Both the position numbers and the translations under genes were made by a program. 58,984 nt of DNA from Pseudothermotoga sp. (GTDB taxonomy: Bacteria > Thermotogota > Thermotogae > Thermotogales > DSM-5069): assembly GCA_031962025.1 (NCBI GenBank), contig JAVRKW010000011.1. One strand, written 5' to 3'. The notes below the pieces were generated by a model, which saw nothing but the letters and a program-made list of their open reading frames with translations, was not told the origin of the DNA and did no database searches. Each line of letters starts with the position of its first letter. The stretch's first letter is position 1. Shown here piece after piece: positions 9,535-18,957 of this stretch.

Positions 9535-11386
9535 GAACAGACCTTCACCCATGCGCAGACCAGGACCGCAGGGACCGATGTTCGCAAGACCTGCAGAAAA
9601 GGCAAAAGATTTCAAAGGCACTCTCAAAAGACTCATAGCGTATTTAAGACCTTATTTAGTTGCCATCATCATCGTTCTTGCCATTACCATAACTGCAACC
9701 GTCTTGACCATTTTTGCGCCAAAAATACTCGGCAAAGCCACAACTGAGATCTTCAGGGGAATCATGGCTAAGATGTTCCGCCTGCCAAATGCCGGAATAA
9801 ACTTTTCCTATGTCGCAAAGATTCTGATTCAGGTGAGCATTTTATACATAATCAGTGCCCTGCTCAACTACATCCAGCAGTATATAATGGCTGGTGTTTC
9901 ACAGAAAATCGTCATGAAAATGAGAAAAGATATATCCGAAAAACTGGCAAGACTGCCGTTGAAATTCTACGATTCAAGGACTCACGGTGAGATACTCAGC
10001 CGCGTGATAAACGATGTTGATCTTATAAGCAATACTCTCCAGCAGAGTCTGGTCCAGTTCGTCTCAGGTATTGTATCGATAGTCGGTGTCACGGTGATGA
10101 TGTTAACAATAAGTCCGCTTTTAACCGGCGTGACTATTCTCACCCTGCCACTGAGCATAATAGCGACCGTGATAATTGCAAAATATTCTCAGAGATATTT
10201 CATCAAACAGCAAAAGCACCTGGGTGAACTCAGCGGTCATACCGAAGAAGTTTACGGCGGTCATGTGGTTATCAAGGCTTTTTTGAGGGAAAAGGAATCG
10301 ATCGAGAAGTTCGAAAAAATCAACAACCAGCTTTATAACGCAAGCTATAAAGCACAGTTTTTGTCCGGTATGATAATGCCGTTGATGAGATTCATAGGAA
10401 ACCTTGGATATGTGATAGTCTCCGTGGTAGGCGGAATTCTCGTCACAAAAAGGGCTATAACCATAGGAGATGTTCAGGCGTTCATACAGTACTCACAGCA
10501 GTTCACACAGCCGATTGTTCAGATCTCCAACATAGCCAATTTGATTCAATCCACCATTGCTGCAGCCGAAAGGGTTTTTGAAGTACTCGACGAACTGGAA
10601 GAAGCTCCAGAAAAACCAGATGCGGTAAAGGTTGAAAAAGTAAAAGGAGATATCAAATTCCAAAACGTTTATTTCAGCTATGTACCAGAAAAACCATTGA
10701 TAGAAGATCTGAACATAGAAGTCAAAAGCGGACAGAGAATAGCCATAGTTGGTCCGACAGGTGCCGGAAAAACCACACTTGTGAATCTTTTGATGAGATT
10801 CTACGAGATACAGAAGGGAAGCATCAAATTAGACGGTATAGACATAAGGGATATTCACAAAAACAATCTGAGAAAATGTTTTGGAATGGTTTTGCAGGAT
10901 ACATGGTTGTTCAACGGCACGATAAAAGAAAACATTGCGTATGGTAAAGAAAACGCAACAGAGGAAGAGATAATAAAAGCTTCGCAGATGGCTCAGGCAC
11001 ACCATTTCATCATGGCTCTGCCCGATGGATATGAAACAGTGATAAACGAAGAGGCAACAAATATATCCTACGGTGAAAAACAGCTCATAACCATCGCAAG
11101 GGCATTCCTGGCAGATCCAGATATTCTGATACTGGATGAGGCAACGAGCAACGTCGACACGCTCACTGAAATCTACATTCAAAAAGCCATGGATGATCTG
11201 ATGAAAAACAGAACCAGCTTCATCATAGCTCATAGACTCTCAACGATAAGAAATGCCGACTTGATTCTGGTGATGAATGAAGGTAAGATCATAGAAAAAG
11301 GCACGCACAAAGAACTTCTGCAAAAAGAAGGCTTCTACGCACAATTGTATAAAAGTCAATTTTTGGGAGCACTGGTCGATGCGTAA
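9524..11386 (+). CDS. Heterodimeric ABC exporter subunit (TM288-like)
   Basis: GPTGAGKT, degenerate signature ISYGE, LDEATS, AHRL. Confidence 0.93.
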   Translation: MANENRPSPMRRPGPQGPMFARPAEKAKDFKGTLKRLIAYLRPYLVAIIIVLAITITATVLTIFAPKILGKATTEIFRGIMAKMFRLPNAGINFSYVAKILIQVSILYIISALLNYIQQYIMAGVSQKIVMKMRKDISEKLARLPLKFYDSRTHGEILSRVINDVDLISNTLQQSLVQFVSGIVSIVGVTVMMLTISPLLTGVTILTLPLSIIATVIIAKYSQRYFIKQQKHLGELSGHTEEVYGGHVVIKAFLREKESIEKFEKINNQLYNASYKAQFLSGMIMPLMRFIGNLGYVIVSVVGGILVTKRAITIGDVQAFIQYSQQFTQPIVQISNIANLIQSTIAAAERVFEVLDELEEAPEKPDAVKVEKVKGDIKFQNVYFSYVPEKPLIEDLNIEVKSGQRIAIVGPTGAGKTTLVNLLMRFYEIQKGSIKLDGIDIRDIHKNNLRKCFGMVLQDTWLFNGTIKENIAYGKENATEEEIIKASQMAQAHHFIMALPDGYETVINEEATNISYGEKQLITIARAFLADPDILILDEATSNVDTLTEIYIQKAMDDLMKNRTSFIIAHRLSTIRNADLILVMNEGKIIEKGTHKELLQKEGFYAQLYKSQFLGALVDA

Positions 11387-11471
11387 AATTTGTCAAATTA
11401 ACCTTAAAGAAAAACAGCGGCAAAAAAGAAAGTGATAAAATTCTGAATTGAGAAACCCAGAGGTGAGGGAA

Positions 11472-11585
11472 ATGGTTCTGTCGATGTGTCAAAAAATCGA
11501 TACGATCATCAATAAAGATTCAAGCTATAGGTGTTTTTCAAAGGGGCTTTCAAGCCCCTTTTATTTTAGGTGTGGTCTGTCATGA
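11472..11585 (+). CDS. Candidate pyr operon leader peptide (37 aa)
   Basis: SD GAGGTGA before ATG 11472; MVLSMCQKIDTIINKDSSYRCFSKGLSSPFYFRCGLS* reads through the terminator and ends in ATGA overlap with pyrC. Confidence 0.5.
   Translation: MVLSMCQKIDTIINKDSSYRCFSKGLSSPFYFRCGLS
11540..11567 (+). terminator. Terminator/attenuator upstream of pyrC
   Basis: AAGGGGCTT-tc-AAGCCCCTT followed by TTATTTT. Confidence 0.75.
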
Positions 11586-12712
11586 AAATCTACAATCCAA
11601 AAGATCGCAAATGGTATCAGATGCAAATTCACACACCAAAAACCAGTAAAGGTCTCATAGCATGCCCAACTTTTTTTGACATGCACACGCACGTGAGGCT
11701 TTTTCATCAGGAAGACTACGATTCACTTGAAAAAGCCGCAATTGCCGGTGGGTTCGGCTCTGTTTTGATCCAGCCAAACACAAAGCCACCTATAGAAACA
11801 CAGGATGTTTTCAAAAACCACCTTGAACTTGCCAGAAATAAAGCCGTTGATTTTTACTGGACCTGTTCTTTTTTTGGAGAGCTAAAACCAGACGGTAAAA
11901 GGATTTTGTGCTATTCAAATGACGGCATAGAATACGACACGCACAGGATAATGATGGCTTTCAAATCCAAAGAGCCATATTTATTACTGGATCACAGTCA
12001 GCTATACGAAGTCGGTGGAATCTTTTACGAAGGTACACCGCTGTATGTTCAAAAACGCCCTGTTTGCAGCGAATCGATCAGCATCTTCAGGAATGTCATG
12101 CTCGGTGTCGAATACGGTTTTAAAAGATTTCACATTCAGCACGTCACCACGGAGGCTTCGATTGAAACTATTCAATACCTTAAAAGATATGCTCAGATAA
12201 CCTGCGAGGTAACGCCGCACCATCTTTTTTTCACCATGGAAGATATCAAAAACTCAAATTTCAAGGTAAATCCACCATTCGCAACAAAACAGGACAGACA
12301 GGCACTGCTGAATTGCGTTAAAAACGGCATCATAGATGTTTTTGCAACAGATCATGCACCGCACGATGAAAAGCCATCTGATTTTGAAAAAGCCCCATAC
12401 GGAACAAGTGGCATTGAAATTGCCTTCAGCGCTTTTTACACAGCAACAGAAAACCTTGAAATGACTATCGAAAAAATGACAGTCGCACCAAGAAACTTAC
12501 TGTCTCTCAACAGCGATTTTGATCCTGAAAATATCACCGTGATAGACCCACAGGCTGAGTACGTGGTTGATTCAAAAAAATTTCACAGCAAAGGTAAAAA
12601 CTGCGTCTTTGATGGCATCAGGTTAAAAGGGAAGGTGATCGGTGTGAAACTGAAAGGAAAGTGGGTGTACTGGGATGGAGAATTTTTCCTTGACAGTCAA
12701 AAGAACCATTAA
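11582..12712 (+). CDS. pyrC: Dihydroorotase
   Basis: DMHTHVR, CEVTPHHL, KVNPP, ATDHAPH. Confidence 0.95.
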   Translation: MKIYNPKDRKWYQMQIHTPKTSKGLIACPTFFDMHTHVRLFHQEDYDSLEKAAIAGGFGSVLIQPNTKPPIETQDVFKNHLELARNKAVDFYWTCSFFGELKPDGKRILCYSNDGIEYDTHRIMMAFKSKEPYLLLDHSQLYEVGGIFYEGTPLYVQKRPVCSESISIFRNVMLGVEYGFKRFHIQHVTTEASIETIQYLKRYAQITCEVTPHHLFFTMEDIKNSNFKVNPPFATKQDRQALLNCVKNGIIDVFATDHAPHDEKPSDFEKAPYGTSGIEIAFSAFYTATENLEMTIEKMTVAPRNLLSLNSDFDPENITVIDPQAEYVVDSKKFHSKGKNCVFDGIRLKGKVIGVKLKGKWVYWDGEFFLDSQKNH

Positions 12713-13328
12713 AGTCACCGAAGACAGCTTTATAATAACCTTCAACGAGAAAATCGACTTTGTCCCGGCTCAGTTCATCATGGTTGAAACACCATCGGTC
12801 ACAAGAAAGCCATTCGGGCTTGGAAGATGGTTTGATGACCTTGCCATAGGTGTTCAGGTAATCGGTAATGGCACAAAATACATAACCGAGCAAAAGATAC
12901 TCAAAGCCCATGGTCCTAATGGAAAGGGATTTGTCCCGCCGTCCAGAAAAGGTGCCGTGATAGCTACACCGGCATGCCTTGCAATTGCCTATGATCTTTA
13001 CAGAAGATACGGCTGTGATATCTTCATCGGTTCGGTCAGCAGGCTCATGGTGGAGATACCATTCAAAACGGTTATCGGGAACGAGCAATTTGTAAGTCTG
13101 CTTGAATCTCTAAATGGTTACGAATGGTTTTATGTCGTTGGTTCAGATCAGATGGAGAAAGTATCCTTCGATTTATTGCGCAAAAAAGCACCGGTGTACC
13201 TTTCCTTTAACGAATACATGGCTTGCGGAATAGGTGCCTGCCGCGGCTGTGCGATTGAAACAAAGGAAGGTATCAAGCACCTGTGTGTGGACGGTCCCGT
13301 TCTCAGGGGTGATTTGATATGGAATTGA
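12675..13328 (+). CDS. pyrK: Dihydroorotate dehydrogenase electron transfer subunit
   Basis: RKPF, GPNGKGF, MACGIGACRGC...CVDGPV 2Fe-2S motif. Confidence 0.93.
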   Translation: MENFSLTVKRTIKVTEDSFIITFNEKIDFVPAQFIMVETPSVTRKPFGLGRWFDDLAIGVQVIGNGTKYITEQKILKAHGPNGKGFVPPSRKGAVIATPACLAIAYDLYRRYGCDIFIGSVSRLMVEIPFKTVIGNEQFVSLLESLNGYEWFYVVGSDQMEKVSFDLLRKKAPVYLSFNEYMACGIGACRGCAIETKEGIKHLCVDGPVLRGDLIWN

Positions 13329-14146
13329 ATCCACCTGTGGTGATAGCCTCTGGTACTGGCGGCATGGGTGAATATTTAAAACTCATCAATCCAGAGCATA
13401 TAGGAGCCTACACGCTCAAAACGGTGACACTTTTCCCAAAGCAGGGAAATCGTCCACCGAGACTTTTTGCAACCGAAAACTATTTGATAAACAACATCGG
13501 TCTTGAAAACACGGGAATAGATGCTTTCATAGAGGCTCTGAACAGTGGTTGTTACAGAGAGCTTTTTGATAAGGTAAAAGTCATCTTCAGCATAGGCGGA
13601 GATGATTCAGATCAATACAAAAAGATGGCAGAAAAGATCAATCCCTATGAAAAATACTTCGAAGCGATCGAAGTTAACTTCTCATGCCCCAATGTAAACA
13701 AAGGCGGGTTGAATATCCTTTCTGATCTTTCTTCGTTCAGAGATGTTTTATCCTTCATGAGAAAAACACTCGGTGGTTTTTTGATAGCCAAAATCGGGAT
13801 TGAAGGTGGTTTTGTTGAACACATCGCACAGATTGTAAAAGAACACGGCTGGAATGGAATAACATTGATCAACACGATCAGGGGGTTACACATTTCTCAG
13901 GACAGAATAATAAAAGGTGGTATCTCAGGTCCCATCTTAAAACCAGTTGCGCTCAGGGCTGTGTACGAAGTCAAAAACAAAGTCCCGGATCTTTATGTGA
14001 TTGGATCAGGTGGAATTATGTGCGAAAAAGACGCAGATGATTTTTTCAAAGTCGGAGCAGACGCAATAAGTCTTGGCACAGCCATCTACAAAGATCCACA
14101 GATTGTTCAGAGAATATCAGAACATTTAAGGGGGTGTTGTAAGTGA
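13319..14146 (+). CDS. pyrD: Dihydroorotate dehydrogenase (family 1B)
   Basis: ASGT, GNRPPR, NFSCPNV, LINT, GGISG. Confidence 0.95.
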   Translation: MELNPPVVIASGTGGMGEYLKLINPEHIGAYTLKTVTLFPKQGNRPPRLFATENYLINNIGLENTGIDAFIEALNSGCYRELFDKVKVIFSIGGDDSDQYKKMAEKINPYEKYFEAIEVNFSCPNVNKGGLNILSDLSSFRDVLSFMRKTLGGFLIAKIGIEGGFVEHIAQIVKEHGWNGITLINTIRGLHISQDRIIKGGISGPILKPVALRAVYEVKNKVPDLYVIGSGGIMCEKDADDFFKVGADAISLGTAIYKDPQIVQRISEHLRGCCK

Positions 14147-14751
14147 TATTGGTTCTGAGCCTTGATATGGAAAATCCATTCGAGTTTCTGGAAAAATATG
14201 GAAGCTTTGATCATGTCAAAATAGGTCACAGCGTTGCGGTTTTTGGTAAAAGCGTGTTCAATGAATTTGAAAAAAGAAATCTCAAGGTCATCGTAGATCT
14301 CAAGTTCGTGGATATTCCATCCACGGTGGTTAGATCCATCAAATCATGGGATCATCCGTGTGTTGTTGGCTTCACAGTTCACGCGGCAGCCGGAAACGAT
14401 GCGATCAGGGCGGCACTTGAAAGCACAGACAAGCTGATCTTTTCGGTGATAAAGCTCACTTCGATTCAGGGGGAACTGAAGGACTACATCGATCAAATTA
14501 AAACCCTTAAAGAACTTGGATCTTCTTTCGTGTTGCCCGGCAAATGGGCGATTCAGCTCAGACACGATATACCAACCAGTATACTCGTACCCGGTGTGAG
14601 AATGAAAAGAGAGGCAGACGACCAGAAAGATGTTGTGAGCATCGAAGATATAAAAACAGTTGCCGATTTTACGGTAATAGGCAGAGAGGTTTATAAAAGC
14701 GACGATCCAAAATCGGCTATGGAACAAATAAGGAGGTATGTACATGCTTGA
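14143..14751 (+). CDS. pyrF: Orotidine-5'-phosphate decarboxylase
   Basis: DLKFVDIPSTV, VPGVR, DDQK, IGR. Confidence 0.95.
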   Translation: MILVLSLDMENPFEFLEKYGSFDHVKIGHSVAVFGKSVFNEFEKRNLKVIVDLKFVDIPSTVVRSIKSWDHPCVVGFTVHAAAGNDAIRAALESTDKLIFSVIKLTSIQGELKDYIDQIKTLKELGSSFVLPGKWAIQLRHDIPTSILVPGVRMKREADDQKDVVSIEDIKTVADFTVIGREVYKSDDPKSAMEQIRRYVHA

Positions 14752-15307
14752 GATGCTCTATCAGGTGGGAGCGATTCTTGAGGGGCATTTTCTTCTCTCT
14801 TCAGGTAAACACTCTTCAAAGTACGTACAGTGCGCAAAACTGTTCGAAAGACCGCAGTACGGTGACAGAATCGGTGAGATGATTGCCCAAAAAATTTCCG
14901 ATCACAAACCGGACGTCGTCATAGGACCGGCACTCGGTGGAATCATTCTGGCTTACACCGTTGCACGCCATCTTGATGCTCGAGCGATGTTCACAGAAAG
15001 AGAAGATGGCATCATGAAACTCAGAAGAGATTTTCACATCAAAGAAGGCGAAAAAGTGGCGATAGTTGAAGATGTCACAACCACAGGTAGATCAGTCCTT
15101 GAAGTTGCCCAAGTTGTTGAAGAATACGGCGGTCATGTGTGCTGTATAGCCAGCATCATCGATCGATCAACACAGCCTTTGCCCTTTAGTGTGCCGTTTT
15201 ATTCATTGATAAAGCTGGAACTACCCATATACGAACCGGACAACTGCCCGCTGTGCGCGCAAAAAATACCAATTGTAAAACCTGGGAGTAGAACTCAAAA
15301 AAAATAA
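14744..15307 (+). CDS. pyrE: Orotate phosphoribosyltransferase
   Basis: GHFLLSSGKHS, IVEDVTTTG. Confidence 0.95.
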   Translation: MLEMLYQVGAILEGHFLLSSGKHSSKYVQCAKLFERPQYGDRIGEMIAQKISDHKPDVVIGPALGGIILAYTVARHLDARAMFTEREDGIMKLRRDFHIKEGEKVAIVEDVTTTGRSVLEVAQVVEEYGGHVCCIASIIDRSTQPLPFSVPFYSLIKLELPIYEPDNCPLCAQKIPIVKPGSRTQKK

Positions 15308-15333
15308 CCGCAAAGTGGCAAATTAAATGAAGC

Positions 15334-15362
15334 AAAAACCTCCACCTGTTTAGGTGGAGGGT
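15334..15362. terminator. Terminator between convergent genes
   Basis: AAAAACCTCCACCT-gttt-AGGTGGAGG. Confidence 0.75.
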
Positions 15363-15365
15363 AAT

Positions 15366-16211
15366 TCACTCTGATCTGATCTCAATTTCACCAAGATCAA
15401 GATCTTCATATCCAAGATTTACATCAACTGTGGCATCTGGTGTTTGTGAAAGTATGTACTGATCGATATTTTCGCTATCCCAGCATTCAAATTTTTCCTT
15501 CAAAAAGATTTTCAGTTCATATTCTCCAGGCTTTATCTTTGACAGCTTGAATTTTCCTTCATCCCAGTTATTGGACTTTTTGTGCGTGAAAGTGGTAGCA
15601 ACCACAGTGGAAGGATCTGTTAAAGCTACAAGTGCATGAGCTACACCGGAAGATGCAGATGTGACTTTGCCAGTGATGTCATAAAGCTTTCCATATCTTA
15701 AGTGCACCACAGGCGTCATGTGATACTCAGTTGGACCATTGCCGTTACCATTCAAACTGCCTGTGACTTTTATGGATTTAGAAAGATCAAAATCCAGTAC
15801 CAGAACTGTGTCGGAGTTTATCTGCAAAGGTTCTGTGAACGGGTATTTCAAAGAACCTGAAGAAACTCTGAGCTCATGTTCTTGGTTATTCACAGTTATC
15901 GTTGCCCGGGCTATGTCCAGCCTCAACTGGTTGTAAGTTCCTGAAATCTGAATGGTTGGAAAACTTATCTCTGAGCCGACAAGATCGAGTAAATTAACCG
16001 TCGTAACCTGGTCTGTAACAACAAGCGATGCCGCATCGCTCATCAACCAGATTTTGCTGATTGTCACATCGATTCTCTGTACATAACTAAGCGGTAAAAC
16101 GGCGTCAGTCAGATAAACTTTGAGTGTGCCACCATTTGAAGATGAAAAATTCATGCAGCCAGCCACCAAAAGAACAACCAATACCAGACCGATAAAAAGC
16201 AGTTGTTTCAT
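15366..16211 (-). CDS. Lipoprotein, DUF4382-like domain plus C-terminal beta-sandwich
   Basis: Lipobox LVAGC; LKVYLTDA, NLLDL, GTYNQLRL, VLDFDLSKSI. Confidence 0.8.
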   Translation of the reverse strand: MKQLLFIGLVLVVLLVAGCMNFSSSNGGTLKVYLTDAVLPLSYVQRIDVTISKIWLMSDAASLVVTDQVTTVNLLDLVGSEISFPTIQISGTYNQLRLDIARATITVNNQEHELRVSSGSLKYPFTEPLQINSDTVLVLDFDLSKSIKVTGSLNGNGNGPTEYHMTPVVHLRYGKLYDITGKVTSASSGVAHALVALTDPSTVVATTFTHKKSNNWDEGKFKLSKIKPGEYELKIFLKEKFECWDSENIDQYILSQTPDATVDVNLGYEDLDLGEIEIRSE

Positions 16212-16247
16212 CCCTTCACCTCCACGATCTACACTTTACGACTTTTA

Positions 16248-16263
16248 TTAAAAAATTATTAGA
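16248..16263 (-). promoter_or_regulatory. 16-bp box, candidate response-regulator site
   Basis: Rev. comp. TCTAATAATTTTTTAA, identical to 16410-16425. Confidence 0.6.
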
Positions 16264-16409
16264 AACCATGACAGCAAAAATCACGGCAAAAAGATCGTTT
16301 TCGTGATGCAGTCGAACTTTATCAAAGAAATTTTTCACGTTCCAGTCTTTGCTGAAGTTAGATATTTTATTTTGACTGCGGTGGTATACTTTTTGTGGAT
16401 TGAAAAAAA

Positions 16410-16425
16410 TCTAATAATTTTTTAA
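16410..16425 (+). promoter_or_regulatory. 16-bp box, candidate response-regulator site
   Basis: TCTAATAATTTTTTAA, half-sites TCTAA/TTTAA 11 bp apart. Confidence 0.6.
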
Positions 16426-16458
16426 CCTCAGATAATTAAGATCTGGGCTGGTGGTCGA

Positions 16459-16974
16459 ATGAGAAAGACCATAGTTTTGTTGTTCTTAGTTTTTGCGAAT
16501 ATCGTTCTTACGCAGGATGATCTTACAAATGCCATCGATAGAATAAACGAACTAATCAGTGTATACAGCCAGTTTGACCTGAGCACACTGAAGGTATCCA
16601 TTCTCGATGCCATAAACATCTCTAAGAAAAAAAACGTGATAGCAACCTACCTTGATTTTGTAAACAACTTTCCTGTGTGGGTTGTTCTGACTGTTGAAGA
16701 TAAAACATTAATCGACCCGTACACCGGAAAAATCATTTCTTCACAGCAGTATAACCACAAGCCAGTTACATACACAGTGTCGCTCAAAGATGCCATCTCG
16801 CTTGCCTTTGTTTCCACAGGGAAGGGTATTTACTTTGCTTTTTTGAACGATGACGGCACATGGCTTATCGGATCAAAAGAACAGATTGTCCATGTGAGTA
16901 CAAAAACACCCGCGGTACTTTCAACACAAAAAAGAGAAGGACAGTTAAAGACACCGGGTGGTGGTAAAAAATGA
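16459..16974 (+). CDS. Secreted PepSY-domain protein
   Basis: Signal peptide; VSILDAINI...VW...IDPYTGKII pattern, repeated twice in degenerate form. Confidence 0.7.
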   Translation: MRKTIVLLFLVFANIVLTQDDLTNAIDRINELISVYSQFDLSTLKVSILDAINISKKKNVIATYLDFVNNFPVWVVLTVEDKTLIDPYTGKIISSQQYNHKPVTYTVSLKDAISLAFVSTGKGIYFAFLNDDGTWLIGSKEQIVHVSTKTPAVLSTQKREGQLKTPGGGKK

Positions 16975-17642
16975 AAATACTGGTCGTCGAAGACAACAAA
17001 GACCTGCTCAGGTCGATCGAAAGGTTCCTCACAAAGGAAGGCTACAGCGTTGATACATCCACAGATGGCGATGAAGGGCTTGATTTAGCCCTTGAAAACC
17101 ACTATGACTGCATAGTTCTGGACGTGATGCTTCCCAACGTTGACGGCTTTGAATTCGTCCAGACGCTCAGAGAAAGCCAGATAGAAACCCCTGTTTTGAT
17201 GCTGACAGCGCTGGATGCCGTCGACGACAAAGTCAGAGGTCTTGCAAGCGGTGCAGACGATTATCTGACAAAACCCTTCGATTTTCGAGAACTACTTGCC
17301 AGAATCAAAAGCCTAATCAGAAGAAGCAATTTGACAAAAGGTGAAGAAGTGATTTTCAAAGACCTCAGACTGAACAGCCGAACAAGACAGGTGAAGATCA
17401 AAGACGAGACAGTCAAACTCAGCAAAAGGGAATTCGATCTTCTTGAAATTTTTCTGAGAAACCCGGAAGTGACTTTTTCAAGGGACGAACTCATAGAGAA
17501 AGTCTGGGAAAACGAAAAAGAGATAAGAAGCAATGTAGTCGATGTCTATGTGCTGTATCTGAGAAACAAATTAAAACCTTACGGCTATGACAAATACATA
17601 GAAACAGTCGCGGGACTTGGTTATAGATTTCACAGGGAATGA
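16971..17642 (+). CDS. OmpR-family response regulator
   Basis: VVEDN, LDVMLP, GADDYLTKPF, C-terminal ETVAGLGY. Confidence 0.96.
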   Translation: MKILVVEDNKDLLRSIERFLTKEGYSVDTSTDGDEGLDLALENHYDCIVLDVMLPNVDGFEFVQTLRESQIETPVLMLTALDAVDDKVRGLASGADDYLTKPFDFRELLARIKSLIRRSNLTKGEEVIFKDLRLNSRTRQVKIKDETVKLSKREFDLLEIFLRNPEVTFSRDELIEKVWENEKEIRSNVVDVYVLYLRNKLKPYGYDKYIETVAGLGYRFHRE

Positions 17643-18910
17643 AAAAGATGAGATCGCTTAGAAGAACGATTGAAAGATATTATCTTTCGGTCTTTTTTCT
17701 TTCCATGTGCGCCATGGCAGTTGTTTTTCTGGTCACAGTCGAAAGGCTCACCATGAAGCAAATAGATCAAGAACTTCTGGCATTCACCAGTGATCTTGTG
17801 CATTTTCTGGAAAATCCATCCGGCGAACTGGTTGCGGTCTTTGGGAAAAAAGATTATTCCTTCCAAGTTTTTGAAAAAGATAAAACTTATGCGAGCTTCA
17901 ACACATCTGAAAAAATCTCAGCTGAACACACGGGCTTTTCATTGCTCGGCAGCAAAAGAGTCTATGCAACACAGGCTGGCACATATAAAGTGATCGTCGC
18001 AAGAGACATAAAAGACCACATAATGGTTATGGTAATACTCACGGCAGTGCTCATATCTGCGATAGCGGTACTGACATTCGTTGTGCACAGATCTGGCTTG
18101 AGACTCACAGGCAAGATGATCCAGCCGATCGAAGAAATAGGAAAACAGATGGATGACATATCAAAAGGAATCGCAAAACAGATACAGATCGAGCCGACAA
18201 GTCAGGAGGCTTACAATCTTCAGGTTCAGATAAACGACGCCTTAAAAAGGCTTCACAGCACAATGGAAGAACTCAGAGAATTCGCTTCAAGTCTCTCTCA
18301 CCAGTTGAGAAATCCACTTGCAAGCGTCAAGGCACAGATCGAAGTCATGTTGAAAGAAACAAACAATCCCGAGATAAAAAACGAGCTGACATCCATGCTG
18401 AAAAACATCAACACAATGGTTCAGATCACATCTTCCCTGCTTTTGATAGCAAGGGCTCAGCACCAGAGCGAAGAAAGTTTCCAGCAGGAAGATATCTCCC
18501 TGATAGTTATGGAAAGCATCGAACAGGTTATGCACAGATTCCCGCAAACAGATTTTATACTGGAAGTGCCGGACCAGATAAAAGCAAGATGTGTTCCCGG
18601 ACTTCTTTCACATGCCTTTATAAACCTGATAGAAAACGCCTGTAAATACTCCGAGCAAAACAAACCTGTCAGAGTGAGCCTGTCAAAGAACGAAAAATTC
18701 GTGATTTTCACCGTGTCAAATTACGGTGAGCCCATACCAGAACAGGACAGAGAAAAGATCTTTGAAAGATTTTACAGATCAAAAAACGCAAAAGCCGACG
18801 GACTTGGACTTGGACTTGCAGTGGTAAAAGCCATAGCCGAACTTCACCGCGCAAAGATTGAGTATTGTTATGACAAAATGAACATCTTTTCCATGTACCT
18901 GCCACTGTGA
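17639..18910 (+). CDS. Sensor histidine kinase
   Basis: Two TM segments, SHQLRNPL H-box, NLIENACKY, FERFYR, GLGLGL. Confidence 0.95.
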   Translation: MKKMRSLRRTIERYYLSVFFLSMCAMAVVFLVTVERLTMKQIDQELLAFTSDLVHFLENPSGELVAVFGKKDYSFQVFEKDKTYASFNTSEKISAEHTGFSLLGSKRVYATQAGTYKVIVARDIKDHIMVMVILTAVLISAIAVLTFVVHRSGLRLTGKMIQPIEEIGKQMDDISKGIAKQIQIEPTSQEAYNLQVQINDALKRLHSTMEELREFASSLSHQLRNPLASVKAQIEVMLKETNNPEIKNELTSMLKNINTMVQITSSLLLIARAQHQSEESFQQEDISLIVMESIEQVMHRFPQTDFILEVPDQIKARCVPGLLSHAFINLIENACKYSEQNKPVRVSLSKNEKFVIFTVSNYGEPIPEQDREKIFERFYRSKNAKADGLGLGLAVVKAIAELHRAKIEYCYDKMNIFSMYLPL

Positions 18911-18916
18911 ACAAAA

Positions 18917-18946
18917 CAAAAAGGCGGGCAAGAGCCCGCCTTTTTT
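18917..18946. terminator. Bidirectional terminator
   Basis: AAAAAGGCGGGC-aaga-GCCCGCCTTTTT. Confidence 0.85.
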
Positions 18947-18957
18947 TGGTGAAAAAA

